64,000 nt of DNA from positions 128,001 through 192,000 of IMG/VR virus record IMGVR_UViG_3300028048_001169; one strand, given 5' to 3'. The position numbers were made by a program, and so were the translations under genes. Below the pieces are notes generated by a model that was not told where the DNA came from, searched no databases, and saw only the letters and a program-made list of their open reading frames with translations. Below are positions 29,809 through 40,535 of this stretch, one piece after another; position 1 is the stretch's first letter; each line of letters begins with the position of its first letter. This stretch comes from a virus (taxonomy: Duplodnaviria; Caudoviricetes).

Positions 29809-29888
29809 TATGATTTTGCTGGATCATATTTGGGGGAATATGATTGGATAAATAAGCCTAGTAGGATTAATCCTACTAGGCCATTTGT

Positions 29889-30410
29889 TTACCATTTATA
29901 ATTCTTATACTTCTTGTAGTAATCCTTAGCATTCTTAATACGATCTTTTACAACTGTATCATAGTTTGCAGGATTCTCAAATTCTTTACAGAAGATTTTT
30001 GTAGCCGATGTAACTGTAATTAATTTATTGGTTAATTTTGTATAAGTCTTACTAAAGGTAGTGACAAGCTCTTTATAAAGATACTGTAATTGAGGATGAG
30101 CATCACCAATGGATAATCCTCTTGCATCTATATACTTCTTAAGAGCTTCTTTACGAGACCAGTATGTCCACTGGCATAAGCCATAACCAGCTTTGTCTTT
30201 AACGAAATTCGTATATGTACCGTTATCAACGTTCTTGGTATAGGCACTATCACTCATTTTAAGCTTCTTCTCATAAGAGTTCTCCAAGTTTGTAGGATTA
30301 AAACCAGACTCGGCTTTAATATTACCCATAATTCCAGCAATTGCTTTCTTAGGTAATCCTTTCTCTGAAAAGAATCTCCAACATAATTTCTCTACTTCTA
30401 TAGTTGTCAT
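29889..30410 (-). CDS. Phage tail-type lysozyme (Phage_lysozyme2-like)
   Basis: AGIMGNIKAESGFNP...GYGLCQWT...EFENPA. Confidence 0.85.
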   Translation of the reverse strand: MTTIEVEKLCWRFFSEKGLPKKAIAGIMGNIKAESGFNPTNLENSYEKKLKMSDSAYTKNVDNGTYTNFVKDKAGYGLCQWTYWSRKEALKKYIDARGLSIGDAHPQLQYLYKELVTTFSKTYTKLTNKLITVTSATKIFCKEFENPANYDTVVKDRIKNAKDYYKKYKNYKW

Positions 30411-30555
30411 AAAAGCACTCCTTTCTCGGCTATTAGTATAATGTACATTGTTTCATGTAATGTCAGTAATCGATCGAGATTTCATATCTCTACGTAATAA
30501 AAATCTACAAATCTATTGACATATGTATAAATACTATATACTGAAAGGAGTTCAA

Positions 30556-30705
30556 ATGGAGTTAGAAAAAGATAACTTTTTATCTGTTTTGATGGAGAAT
30601 GATGAAGAGAAACTAAAAGATTATATATTAGAACATGGTAAGAAGCCAAAGCCACATGCTCCTCTTTATGTAATCCGAAAGGAGGAAGTTAATGATGACA
30701 AATGA
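30556..30705 (+). CDS. Small hypothetical protein
   Basis: AAGGAG RBS before ATG 30556. Confidence 0.55.
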   Translation: MELEKDNFLSVLMENDEEKLKDYILEHGKKPKPHAPLYVIRKEEVNDDK

Positions 30706-31219
30706 TCATCGTGAACCAGAAACAATGGAGGAATTGATTAGTGAGATTCGAAAGATTACAAAGAATCAGAAAGCTCAATCAATTTCTGACCAGGTTAGAG
30801 TTCAGCAAATGCTACTAAACGATCCAAACTATGAGGTGTCAATTTATGACAAATCAAAGGGTCGTATTGGTAGCAGAAATGTACATGACGAAGCAATTAG
30901 GTTTATAGCAGATACAACAGCTGCTATAACTGGACTGGACAAACAGTCTGCTAGAGAATGTGCAAAGAGTTACAAGTTTACTAAGAAAGATGCTAATTTC
31001 TTTTTAAACATGACTCATGACTTTATGCAAACTTATTTAGATACTGGTAGAAAACTGAATATTATTCAGACAGAAGATTCTGAGGCTTCTATTTTCTATC
31101 GTCAAATAGGTGTAAGAGAGAAAGTTATTCCTAGTAAGAATGGTAGTGTCAAAATACCAGGATATAAGAAAGTCATCGTACGATCAAAAGCACCGAAATA
31201 TATGAATAAGGAGATCTGA
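30692..31219 (+). CDS. Hypothetical protein
   Basis: 175 aa, AGGAGG RBS. Confidence 0.7.
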   Translation: MMTNDHREPETMEELISEIRKITKNQKAQSISDQVRVQQMLLNDPNYEVSIYDKSKGRIGSRNVHDEAIRFIADTTAAITGLDKQSARECAKSYKFTKKDANFFLNMTHDFMQTYLDTGRKLNIIQTEDSEASIFYRQIGVREKVIPSKNGSVKIPGYKKVIVRSKAPKYMNKEI

Positions 31220-31223
31220 TGTT

Positions 31224-31769
31224 ATGTACAAGGTATCAATTGAGCACCTTACACCTCAGAATCCTATTACGAGGGCGGGTATAGAATTAGGGGCTTGTAG
31301 AAAAGAAGATTTATCTGATCCACAAGCAAATTATGAACGAGGACTAAATGCATTTATATCATATCAAGATCCAATTAAGAATTTTATATTAATTCATATA
31401 TTGATTACTGATATTGATGATGAGGTATCTAACATTATAAAAGACTTTGTTCACAAATCAAAGAGAATCGAAATAGATGATCGATGTATTCTCATTCTAT
31501 CATTGCATGATTTTCGCAAATTATACAATATGCAATGTATAGAGAATGAACGAGTGAATCACGACTTCTATAATAGATTCATTGCTGAACTATGTAGACA
31601 ATTAGCATTGTACTCAGATGAATGGAAGAAAGTAATCAAAGAATATCTTATCTTTGATTGTGATTACTTTGAATTCTGCCCTAGAAACCATAGCTGTGGA
31701 AGACATCCAATCAAACAAGATGTTCCTAGTCGCATTGCAAAGTTAGCAGATAAGATAATAGATGATTAA
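31224..31769 (+). CDS. ThyX-like protein apparently lacking the catalytic core
   Basis: N-terminal NPIT..G...G.C...DLSD...NYERGL and C-terminal L.LYSDEWK....C....FC....SCGR.P resemble clostridial-phage ThyX ends (recalled pattern); no RHR-x7-S-type motif. Confidence 0.55.
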   Translation: MYKVSIEHLTPQNPITRAGIELGACRKEDLSDPQANYERGLNAFISYQDPIKNFILIHILITDIDDEVSNIIKDFVHKSKRIEIDDRCILILSLHDFRKLYNMQCIENERVNHDFYNRFIAELCRQLALYSDEWKKVIKEYLIFDCDYFEFCPRNHSCGRHPIKQDVPSRIAKLADKIIDD

Positions 31770-31835
31770 CAATCTAAATCCCGATAGGAAACCACTCCTA
31801 TCGGGTTATCTCATCTCAGTATTTAAAATTATTAA

Positions 31836-32204
31836 TTAAGCAAATAATCTTTCGATCTGCTCGTTGATATAACTCATATCAGCCTCGAACTCCTCAACTG
31901 TAGCGTAGCTCTGCTTGCTGACTATTATACTAGCGTCCTCTGGATCAAGGAACTCGTAAGTTACTTTAACGTCTTTACCAGCCTTCTTAAGAATGCCAAG
32001 ATGTACAGTATAAATTGCACCTGGGATACCAGATCCAACTCTCTTTATCAGATCTCTGTTACATGTCCTAGTAGTACCAATGTATTTCTTACACTGAACC
32101 AATACAACATTGTTGTTGAACTTTTCCACAACTGTTACAGTATTGGCTTTATTCTCACCTTCTGCTGGTGCATAGTCTGCGATCTCGATTAAAGATGTAG
32201 CCAT
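31836..32204 (-). CDS. Hypothetical protein, probably abundant
   Basis: Late promoter 32263-32274, AAGGAGG RBS. Confidence 0.7.
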   Translation of the reverse strand: MATSLIEIADYAPAEGENKANTVTVVEKFNNNVVLVQCKKYIGTTRTCNRDLIKRVGSGIPGAIYTVHLGILKKAGKDVKVTYEFLDPEDASIIVSKQSYATVEEFEADMSYINEQIERLFA

Positions 32205-32322
32205 TGTTGATTTCCTCCTTTGATTAGATAATTTATATGATAGCCAACTACAATATAGCCATTATAATTATGTTTTTATTGTAAGGCTTTAACTTCTATA
32301 TAATGTCCGAAAGGAGGATAAA

Positions 32323-33726
32323 ATGAGAAAACCAGTATCAATTGATGAAATTAATGATTACTTTATACAAAGAACACCAATAGAAAAGCGTGCAGAGTTA
32401 TTTCCACAATATGTAAATTATATGCCTAAGTTATATAAAACAATGGAATTACCATCCTATGTTCATGGATATTGCTTAGCCATTGAATATATGAGATCAT
32501 GGTTTTTAAAGAAGTTTCCAAAGGATCCTTCTAGTCCTACAAAGACTTACTTTAAGACAGTTTATGTCAATGGTTCTCATATATTAGATAATTGGAAGAA
32601 CTGGAATAATTATAATATTAAACGAGAGAAACCAATGTTGGCAATTGTTCCTACCGTTAATACAGATTATGATCGAGATAATGTAGATCTCTATATGGGT
32701 GATGCTGGAATCATGTTGCGTAAATCTACGATGCAAGATTCTTTCTTCAAAGATTATAATTCTATGTCATTTCTCTATGTACAGCTAAGAGAAATGGAAA
32801 TGAATTTTACATTCAAAGTACGAGTTAATTCACGATCAGAACAATTAGATCTGTTAAATAAGATGGAACTATGGTTCAGAATAGGTACAACACAACAAGA
32901 TCGTATTAGTGCTGATTTCCATATTCCTACAGATATCTTAGTACAGATAGCAAAGGACAATGCATTTGAAGTAGATGAAAATGACAATATTGTAGATGTA
33001 CCAGCATTTCTGAATTATATGAATAAGCATTCATCTGCTCCTGTTATATTTAAGATGAGAGCCATTAATCAGCATCCAGAATTCTTTGTACGTGCAAGAG
33101 AATTATATACACATATTTCTACAAAGGATAAGATTCAGATTGATGATGGAGAACAAGATGGCCATCTCAATACAAATTATCATCTAGAGATGAATGTTGT
33201 ATTACATATGCCTATACCGCATTTCTATGCATATATGGCACAAATACCATTAGCAGATTCCATTACAATATCTGAGCGTAAACCATCTATGGGAATCTAT
33301 ACAATCAATAACTTTGATATCAAACCACAGAATGAACAAGGATGGCCTTCTATTATGGTTACTTCTTATTTTGCAGAGAAGGATGAAAAGGTAATTGATA
33401 TATCACCTGTATTTGATTCTAATACTTGGCCTGTAGCAAAAGTATTACATTATGATCAGAAATTAGGAATTACACCAGAAGGATATCTTGATATTCGTAT
33501 CATGAGAAATGATATGATTGGTGGTAGAATGGCAGATGCTAGAATTGATTATCGTAATCTAAAGATATATTTAGATGAGAGTATTGATAAAGAGTGTATG
33601 TTTGATATTGTAATATATGCTGATATGGAATATGTAAATTCACAGCTTATTTCATTGGAATCTTATGATAAGTCTCGAGTTAGCTCTGCTCAATTATCAA
33701 AACCAGATATTGGTGAAGAATCATAA
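32323..33726 (+). CDS. Putative virion structural protein
   Basis: 467 aa, late promoter at 32291. Confidence 0.55.
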   Translation: MRKPVSIDEINDYFIQRTPIEKRAELFPQYVNYMPKLYKTMELPSYVHGYCLAIEYMRSWFLKKFPKDPSSPTKTYFKTVYVNGSHILDNWKNWNNYNIKREKPMLAIVPTVNTDYDRDNVDLYMGDAGIMLRKSTMQDSFFKDYNSMSFLYVQLREMEMNFTFKVRVNSRSEQLDLLNKMELWFRIGTTQQDRISADFHIPTDILVQIAKDNAFEVDENDNIVDVPAFLNYMNKHSSAPVIFKMRAINQHPEFFVRARELYTHISTKDKIQIDDGEQDGHLNTNYHLEMNVVLHMPIPHFYAYMAQIPLADSITISERKPSMGIYTINNFDIKPQNEQGWPSIMVTSYFAEKDEKVIDISPVFDSNTWPVAKVLHYDQKLGITPEGYLDIRIMRNDMIGGRMADARIDYRNLKIYLDESIDKECMFDIVIYADMEYVNSQLISLESYDKSRVSSAQLSKPDIGEES

Positions 33727-33774
33727 ACAATATTTAGTCTAGGTTTTTATTGAACCTAGGCTAAATTTATTTTT

Positions 33775-33788
33775 AATCATATATTATA
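33775..33788 (+). promoter_or_regulatory. Early promoter
   Basis: AATCATATATTATA. Confidence 0.75.
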
Positions 33789-33864
33789 AAATGTGTGTGG
33801 AAAGAATTAAAAATTATTTAAACCCTTACATCATTATAAAGATATAAATGGAGGGCTCAATAAT

Positions 33865-34644
33865 ATGACAGATGAAGAAATAATGATGCTTGAGGGTATT
33901 GAGGAAAAACGTGAACGTTGGTCTCAATACACTTGTAATGGTATAAAGGTTCCTAGAGTTAGTGCTATCTTATCAGCAACCATTGGTAAACCATATTTAG
34001 AAAGATGGGCTGCAAATCTAGGTTCTAATTATGATATTGAAAAGAAAAAGATTCTTGCTACAGGAACATTAGCACATGAGATGATTGAAGATTTCTTGAT
34101 GATTGGACATATAAGAGATCAATATAATATACCAAATTCTAATTTATTAAAAGCTATGAATTGCTATCATAACTTTGTAATCTGGTGGAATCATATGAAA
34201 GATAATGGGTTTATTATTAAACCATTATTCATAGAGAAACAACTTGTTTGTCCTTTATATGGTGGTACTTGTGATTTAATTGCAGCTATTACAAATCCAT
34301 ATAATCATATTACAAAGAATTATATTCTAGATTTCAAATCATCAAAAGCTATATCTCCGGATTATTTTATACAAACAGTTCTTTATATGAAAGCAGTTGA
34401 CTATCAGAGATCAATTGGTAATATAGAACTTCCTGAGATTAGTGGTGTAGGAATTATTCGTGTTGATAAAGAAAAACAGAATAATTATGAGTTCCTATTA
34501 GCAGATAAAGGTACAGATTTTACATTCTTAAATAATATTTCCGCATATGCTGATAATATGGTATACTGGTTCTACCAGTATCAAAGTATCGAATATCAGT
34601 ATAAACAATTCAAGAAGAATTTTAAAAATGGAAAGGATGTATAA
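33865..34644 (+). CDS. PD-(D/E)xK exonuclease
   Basis: GTLAHEMIE, IEKQL, YGGTCDL, LDFKSS, YFIQ..LY. Confidence 0.85.
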   Translation: MTDEEIMMLEGIEEKRERWSQYTCNGIKVPRVSAILSATIGKPYLERWAANLGSNYDIEKKKILATGTLAHEMIEDFLMIGHIRDQYNIPNSNLLKAMNCYHNFVIWWNHMKDNGFIIKPLFIEKQLVCPLYGGTCDLIAAITNPYNHITKNYILDFKSSKAISPDYFIQTVLYMKAVDYQRSIGNIELPEISGVGIIRVDKEKQNNYEFLLADKGTDFTFLNNISAYADNMVYWFYQYQSIEYQYKQFKKNFKNGKDV

Positions 34645-35187
34645 ATGCTACAATCATTTATGGATGCTGCAAACGATATTGCAGGGATGTACTATAAAAG
34701 TAGATTACCAAAGTTCATAAAGAAAAAGCGAATGGATAATGAGTATGTAAAGCTTCAAGAAATTGTAGATAATTATTTCAAATTACAGCACGAAGGTGAA
34801 TTTCATGAATGGGTTAATATATTAGAAGAGAAGAATTTAAAATCTTATGGTATATGTAATCGTATAATGAATAATTATATACAGTTTCAGTTTAATATGA
34901 GACATGATGATACAGACTATAATGTTATCGTATATGCAACAAAACGATTTATTGTAGGCTATGAATTTACATTCTATATTGTATCACTGAAAACCATGGA
35001 TACAAATATATCGTTTAATTGTAAATTAGATGATATATTAAATATAAATTCTGGCAAACCACATCACATTACATCTGTAAGAGAAAAATTATCCATGTTA
35101 GCTAGAAATGAATTTGGTATTCATATTTATAGCAATATGAAGCAATATATTGATACCTATATTAATGATCTTAAAAAATCAGTATAA
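34645..35187 (+). CDS. Hypothetical protein
   Basis: Translationally coupled ORF. Confidence 0.65.
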   Translation: MLQSFMDAANDIAGMYYKSRLPKFIKKKRMDNEYVKLQEIVDNYFKLQHEGEFHEWVNILEEKNLKSYGICNRIMNNYIQFQFNMRHDDTDYNVIVYATKRFIVGYEFTFYIVSLKTMDTNISFNCKLDDILNINSGKPHHITSVREKLSMLARNEFGIHIYSNMKQYIDTYINDLKKSV

Positions 35188-35195
35188 GTGAGGTA

Positions 35196-35873
35196 ATGAT
35201 AATGGAAGATACTAATTACACAAGTTACAACCTGTGGATAGAATTATGTAAAGAGGTACAAATGAAACTCATTGATCACAGTGAGTATATTCAAGTAGAA
35301 CAAGAAGTTGAACATGTAGATTACAATCTTTTTGGCAAGCTTCGTAATACAAAGAAAAAGATACTTGTTGAAGCTAATGACCCAGAGCTTCAAAAAGCAA
35401 TTGATAATTATACAAAACATGTAAATCATGTTGTAAAATCTCCTATTAAATGGATAGATTTATGGACATTCTGCCAATTTGTTCGATGGGCTGAGAAATC
35501 TATTTTCTTTGTGAATGATAAAGATAATGAATTATATGTAGACTCAGATATCGATAATGTTGATGTGCGAAGACTTGTTGTTAATGCTACACCAAATGTA
35601 ATGATTCAGTTAGAGTTAAAACGACAAGTAACTCCTGTGGAAACATTAGAGATCATTGTCATTCAGGTAAGTCGTAATTATGGAAAGCAGCTAAAGAATC
35701 GATATATGGTTGTCAATGGAGAAGTGGATTATCCAGATGGATCAGATCGAGATTTAATGTTAACAATAAACACTTATCTCAATAATGCAGTCAAGACTAT
35801 ATCAGATAATATACTAGACTGTATGCTGCATGATTTCAGAGATAAATTAATACATTCAAAGTTTCATTGCTAG
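35196..35873 (+). CDS. Hypothetical protein
   Basis: 225-aa ORF in the operon. Confidence 0.65.
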   Translation: MIMEDTNYTSYNLWIELCKEVQMKLIDHSEYIQVEQEVEHVDYNLFGKLRNTKKKILVEANDPELQKAIDNYTKHVNHVVKSPIKWIDLWTFCQFVRWAEKSIFFVNDKDNELYVDSDIDNVDVRRLVVNATPNVMIQLELKRQVTPVETLEIIVIQVSRNYGKQLKNRYMVVNGEVDYPDGSDRDLMLTINTYLNNAVKTISDNILDCMLHDFRDKLIHSKFHC

Positions 35874-35888
35874 AAGGGAGATCAAAAT

Positions 35889-36392
35889 ATGCTATTCAGA
35901 TTCTACAACAAGGGACTCGTCGATATCAGTACATTGAAGCCAGGGTGGAAGATTGTTTCCACCTTGTATTTTGAGTATGATAAGATGAATGAATCTTCTG
36001 ATCATTTAGGAGAACGTGATGTTATAGTAGATATACACTCCGATGTATATGATAATAAACAAGTTCACAAACTACAGTCTAATGGTATTCTACTTCTTAC
36101 AGCAGCTAATAGAGATTCAAATTCAGAATTGAATTGTGATAATGAGCATGATAAAATTATTTTATCAAAATTTGTAGAGCCTCTACATGACACTCTAAGT
36201 TCTATGTTGTTAGATGATAGTACCATTGATACAATAGTAAATCCACTTGTAGAAAGCTATAGTAGATATGCTACTGGTAATACTGGAGTTACGGTTGTCT
36301 TAGAGTATAATTTTAATAAGCCTGTAACTAACGATGTAAAAGATATTTCTGAAATAGCAACAGTTAAGCACTTTATACGTAGAATGGAATAA
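35889..36392 (+). CDS. Hypothetical protein
   Basis: 167-aa ORF in the operon. Confidence 0.65.
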   Translation: MLFRFYNKGLVDISTLKPGWKIVSTLYFEYDKMNESSDHLGERDVIVDIHSDVYDNKQVHKLQSNGILLLTAANRDSNSELNCDNEHDKIILSKFVEPLHDTLSSMLLDDSTIDTIVNPLVESYSRYATGNTGVTVVLEYNFNKPVTNDVKDISEIATVKHFIRRME

Positions 36393-36397
36393 GGAAA

Positions 36398-37510
36398 ATG
36401 GAATCTAGAGGTATATTTATAGCAGTTCATATAGCAGATATTCACTTTGCAGCTTTTAATCCCAAGGAACAATATGAGATTTTGAAAGAACAATTCTTAG
36501 ATAAGATTATTAATTATCCTAGAATTGATTGTATCTCTGTTAATGGAGATACATTTGATCATAAGTTGATGGGTAATTCTGATGGTATATATTACGCAAG
36601 TTTATTTATCGATCAGCTAGTACAGATTGCGAGATCGAAGCATTGTACCTTATTGCTGATCCATGGTACATATTCGCATGATGCTGATCAGCTAAAACTG
36701 TTTTATCATTATATGGACGATCCTACGGTGGATGTAAGAATCGTAACACAGATACAGTTCGAACAGATTGGCAATGCTCGAATCTTATGTATTCCTGAAT
36801 TATATGGTGTTAATGAAGCTGTATATCAAAATGCATTTCATCATGATGGATGGTATGATGAATGCTATCTTCATGGAACATTTGAAGGATCTGTTTATGG
36901 TAATACAGTTGGTAATGGTCGCTTATTCACTATGCAGGATTTCGATCTATGTAAAGGCTTTATGATTGGTGGTCATGTACATAAACCGCAGGTATTACAA
37001 GGATACTTCTATTATTGTGGTAATCCATATCGATGGAAATTTGGTGAGGAAGAAGATAAGGGATTTTTCATCACCATTCATGATCTTGATATGAATACGC
37101 ATGATGTACACTTTGAGAAGATCATGAGTAAATCATATATTACGATAAACTTAGAGGATATTAAGATGAGTGATCCTCAAGAGATTATTCGTTATATTGA
37201 TGATTATAAGAAGAATAAAGGAATTGATTTCTTAAAGGTAAAATTTAAGTATGCTTTAGAAGGAGCGAATAAAGTTATTGTTAATAACTATTATCGTAAT
37301 TCTAGAACCGTATTTATTGAATTCTTATCCATTATGGAAGAACAGAAAGCAAAAGCTGAGGCGACTGGGGAGATCGATGAAGGATATGCTTTCTTATTAG
37401 ACGACAAATTATCCGATGAAGAAAAGTTTGTGCATTACTGTAATATGCAAGAAGGTTCAGAATTTATTACAGTTGATAAACTAAAGGAAATTCTCTCGGA
37501 AACATTATAA
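36398..37510 (+). CDS. sbcD: SbcD/Mre11-like metallophosphoesterase nuclease
   Basis: IADIH, GDTFD, GTYSHD, HG, GHVH and YCG motifs. Confidence 0.85.
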   Translation: MESRGIFIAVHIADIHFAAFNPKEQYEILKEQFLDKIINYPRIDCISVNGDTFDHKLMGNSDGIYYASLFIDQLVQIARSKHCTLLLIHGTYSHDADQLKLFYHYMDDPTVDVRIVTQIQFEQIGNARILCIPELYGVNEAVYQNAFHHDGWYDECYLHGTFEGSVYGNTVGNGRLFTMQDFDLCKGFMIGGHVHKPQVLQGYFYYCGNPYRWKFGEEEDKGFFITIHDLDMNTHDVHFEKIMSKSYITINLEDIKMSDPQEIIRYIDDYKKNKGIDFLKVKFKYALEGANKVIVNNYYRNSRTVFIEFLSIMEEQKAKAEATGEIDEGYAFLLDDKLSDEEKFVHYCNMQEGSEFITVDKLKEILSETL

Positions 37511-37541
37511 TAAATATATACTAGATGGAGGCGATATTCAT

Positions 37542-37943
37542 ATGGTGATATTTATTAGAGAGTTTTTCACATTCATTGGAATATTTAGTACTTTAAACTT
37601 CTTCTATAAGATATTCATTGCATATCTTGATATTAAAGAAGGAAGAATTCAATTAGAAGATGAATATTACGAAGAAGATTTAGACAAAGATATTCGGTGC
37701 AAGAACGGATATCTAGGTGTCTATAAATGTCCATATTGTGATGAAGAGAAAGAAGTAGTATATAACGGTATATACCCTAAAACAATTAACTATGCAATTA
37801 TTCATGTAAAGGAGCATGACTGCAAGTTAAATAAGTTAGAGGATTCCGATACGGTAACTTATGCTTTCCGATTAGAATACTACAAAGAACTGACAAAAAC
37901 AGAATTGGAGAACTACTTAGATAAAGCAAAGCAAGAAGGGTAA
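37542..37943 (+). CDS. Hypothetical membrane protein
   Basis: N-terminal TM segment, CPYC. Confidence 0.55.
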   Translation: MVIFIREFFTFIGIFSTLNFFYKIFIAYLDIKEGRIQLEDEYYEEDLDKDIRCKNGYLGVYKCPYCDEEKEVVYNGIYPKTINYAIIHVKEHDCKLNKLEDSDTVTYAFRLEYYKELTKTELENYLDKAKQEG

Positions 37944-38031
37944 AATTCCCTTCTTGTTATAATTTATCACTGCGATAACACTATGATAATTATGTATATT
38001 ATCTGAGTAGAAATGAAAGAGACAACGGAAT

Positions 38032-39819
38032 ATGAAGATACAAAAGAAAAGTATATCGAAACCAAAGATAGAAAATCCTAATAGCATGAATATTAGTATT
38101 ACTTATCTTGATATATTTTGCAAGTATGTCATTACTGATCCTAATAGTGTTAGTATTGCAAACATTGCAAATCTTAATCGTATGATGAATGCATTAGATC
38201 CTAAAACATATACAACTGATCCGGAAAAGAATAAACGTGTTCAGTTTATTATGCAAGCAATTAATGCACGACTAAATCATAACTTAACTGATCGTCAAAT
38301 GATACTTGCAGAGATTCAATCAAATCTAAAATATGATTTAGATTTCATTGATCCAAATGTAAATCTATCGGCAGATGAAATTGCAAGAGTAAATGATACA
38401 ATTGCTGAAGGTTTAAAATATGCATTTGTATTCAAATATGTCGATAAGATTATTGGGGTTTGTACAGATATTAAAACATCAGACTTTGATCATAGAGGTC
38501 AAGTAATGCCAACTTTGGAGCACATTATTGATGAGACAAAGAATGAGTTCCGTAAAGCAACAGTAAACGATGATATTACTGATATGGTATTCTCATTAGA
38601 TGATGGAGCTTTTGAGGATGTCATGAAACGTATCTATGACTTAAATGCAAATCCTAATAGAAGATTAGTAACTGGTATGCAGGGCTTGAATATTATGACC
38701 GGTGGTGGATTTGAATCAAGTCGTTGTTATGTTATTCTTGGTATTACAGGTGGTGGTAAATCATTGGTATTACTGAATTTAGCATATCAGATTAAGAAGT
38801 ATAATAAAACATATCAGACAAAAGATCCTACAAAGAGACCAACTGTTACATATCTCACCATGGAGAATACAGTATTAGAGACAACCAATAGATTGTTTGA
38901 TCTAGTAACAGAATCTCAATATAGTATGACAAGTTATAGTTATGAGGAAGTATTACACAAGATGAGAGAAGAGGGACAGTTAAAAGTAACTGAGAATTCT
39001 CCAATCGATATTACAATTATCTATAAACCAAACTTGTCAGTTGATACCGGATATCTATATACATTATATGATAATCTTATGGATCAAGGAAAAGAAATGA
39101 TTTGTTTGATTCAGGATCACTTGATGAGAATTCGTTCTGTCATGTCATCAAATGAACCTCGATTTGAGTTAGGTAATATCACGAATGAGATTAAGACATT
39201 TGGTATCAAGAAAGATATTCCTACAATCACAAACTTCCATCTGAATCGAGATGCCATGATGAAAGTAGAAAATTCATCTAAGATATCAAAGATTGATGTC
39301 ACACAGAAATTGGGAAAATCAAATGTCAGTGAGTCAACAATGATTCTGAATAACTGTGATGTAAGTATTATCATTAACAAAGATGAAGATGATAAAGGTC
39401 AGAGCTATATGGGATTCAATCTGATCAAAATGAGGGATAAGACTAACTTATTCTATTTTGCTCAACCATTTGCGTATAATAGTACCATCCGATTAATTCA
39501 AGATATCAATGGTCCTGCTATGTATAAAGAGCATCTTCATGGAGCTCCTACTAGTACACCAAAAGTTGCAAATATACGAACTTCTTCTAGTAATATTATG
39601 GGATCAATCAATAATATTACATCATTCACAACACCAACAGATGCAACCTTTTCACAAAATCAACCAACCGATATTGATGAAGATGAAGAAGAAACAATCA
39701 TCAAACCAGTAGCAAGAGATCCGTTTATTCGAGGTCTTCCAAAAGTTGATCCTAGAAAAGAAGCAGAAGATAAAATGAATGATTTGAAAAGTAAGTTAGC
39801 AGCTCGTAGGAACACATAA
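38032..39819 (+). CDS. DnaB-like replicative helicase
   Basis: TGMQGLN...GGF, Walker A GITGGGKS, YLTMEN, IQDHL, HLNR, KMRD. Confidence 0.88.
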   Translation: MKIQKKSISKPKIENPNSMNISITYLDIFCKYVITDPNSVSIANIANLNRMMNALDPKTYTTDPEKNKRVQFIMQAINARLNHNLTDRQMILAEIQSNLKYDLDFIDPNVNLSADEIARVNDTIAEGLKYAFVFKYVDKIIGVCTDIKTSDFDHRGQVMPTLEHIIDETKNEFRKATVNDDITDMVFSLDDGAFEDVMKRIYDLNANPNRRLVTGMQGLNIMTGGGFESSRCYVILGITGGGKSLVLLNLAYQIKKYNKTYQTKDPTKRPTVTYLTMENTVLETTNRLFDLVTESQYSMTSYSYEEVLHKMREEGQLKVTENSPIDITIIYKPNLSVDTGYLYTLYDNLMDQGKEMICLIQDHLMRIRSVMSSNEPRFELGNITNEIKTFGIKKDIPTITNFHLNRDAMMKVENSSKISKIDVTQKLGKSNVSESTMILNNCDVSIIINKDEDDKGQSYMGFNLIKMRDKTNLFYFAQPFAYNSTIRLIQDINGPAMYKEHLHGAPTSTPKVANIRTSSSNIMGSINNITSFTTPTDATFSQNQPTDIDEDEEETIIKPVARDPFIRGLPKVDPRKEAEDKMNDLKSKLAARRNT

Positions 39820-39861
39820 TAATTTTCCCAGTAGTGTTGTTACTACTGGGATATTATAACC

Positions 39862-40293
39862 TTAGTTAGATCCTTGCTTAATATATGTATTTTCTGAAGA
39901 CAATACATCTGATAAGAACTGTGGTAATAACTCTGGTGATGGCATATATAGATAACGGAATTCAAAATCAAATTCCTTTGGATCAATAATGCCATTACAA
40001 ATCAATACAATGAAGTCTAATTGAGTAGATCCGTAGAAATCATACGCAATAATATCTGGAGAATAACGATATCGTGCTTTTTCAGATACAGTGATATTCT
40101 CAACTGGAATTCGAAAGCAGATCTTTTTCAGTTCGTCGATATATAAATTTAGAATATTATCGTCAACGAACTTACCATTAGGAGTATTACGTATAACACT
40201 AAAATTTGGATAAGACGTTTCATCAGAAGCTTTACCTTCTTTGATAAAATCTGATATAGTATACGTCATTTCTGGGTTTGATACTGTTGCCAT
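39862..40293 (-). CDS. Baseplate wedge protein (T4 gp53/LysM-like)
   Basis: YSPDIIAYDFYGSTQLDFIVLICNGI. Confidence 0.65.
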   Translation of the reverse strand: MATVSNPEMTYTISDFIKEGKASDETSYPNFSVIRNTPNGKFVDDNILNLYIDELKKICFRIPVENITVSEKARYRYSPDIIAYDFYGSTQLDFIVLICNGIIDPKEFDFEFRYLYMPSPELLPQFLSDVLSSENTYIKQGSN

Positions 40294-40333
40294 ATAGATA
40301 CCTCCTTTAATTAGATGTGAAAAAGAATAAATC

Positions 40334-40347
40334 AGTCATATATTATA
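40334..40347 (+). promoter_or_regulatory. Early promoter
   Basis: AGTCATATATTATA. Confidence 0.7.
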
Positions 40348-40365
40348 GATATAAGGAGGAAAGTC

Positions 40366-40515
40366 ATGAAGAATAAACCACCAATATTTCCACCAATCTT
40401 TTTCTATATATTAGTTATCATATTATGTATTGTCTTAGCAGTTGCGGGATTTCATTTATGGAAACTAATTATAGAATCAGATTTACCACTATGGTTGAAG
40501 TTTTTACTTAGTTAA
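40366..40515 (+). CDS. 49-aa membrane protein, not in the ORF track
   Basis: AGGAGG RBS; hydrophobic sequence. Confidence 0.55.
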   Translation: MKNKPPIFPPIFFYILVIILCIVLAVAGFHLWKLIIESDLPLWLKFLLS

Positions 40516-40535
40516 TATTTGTAAAGGAGAGCAAA

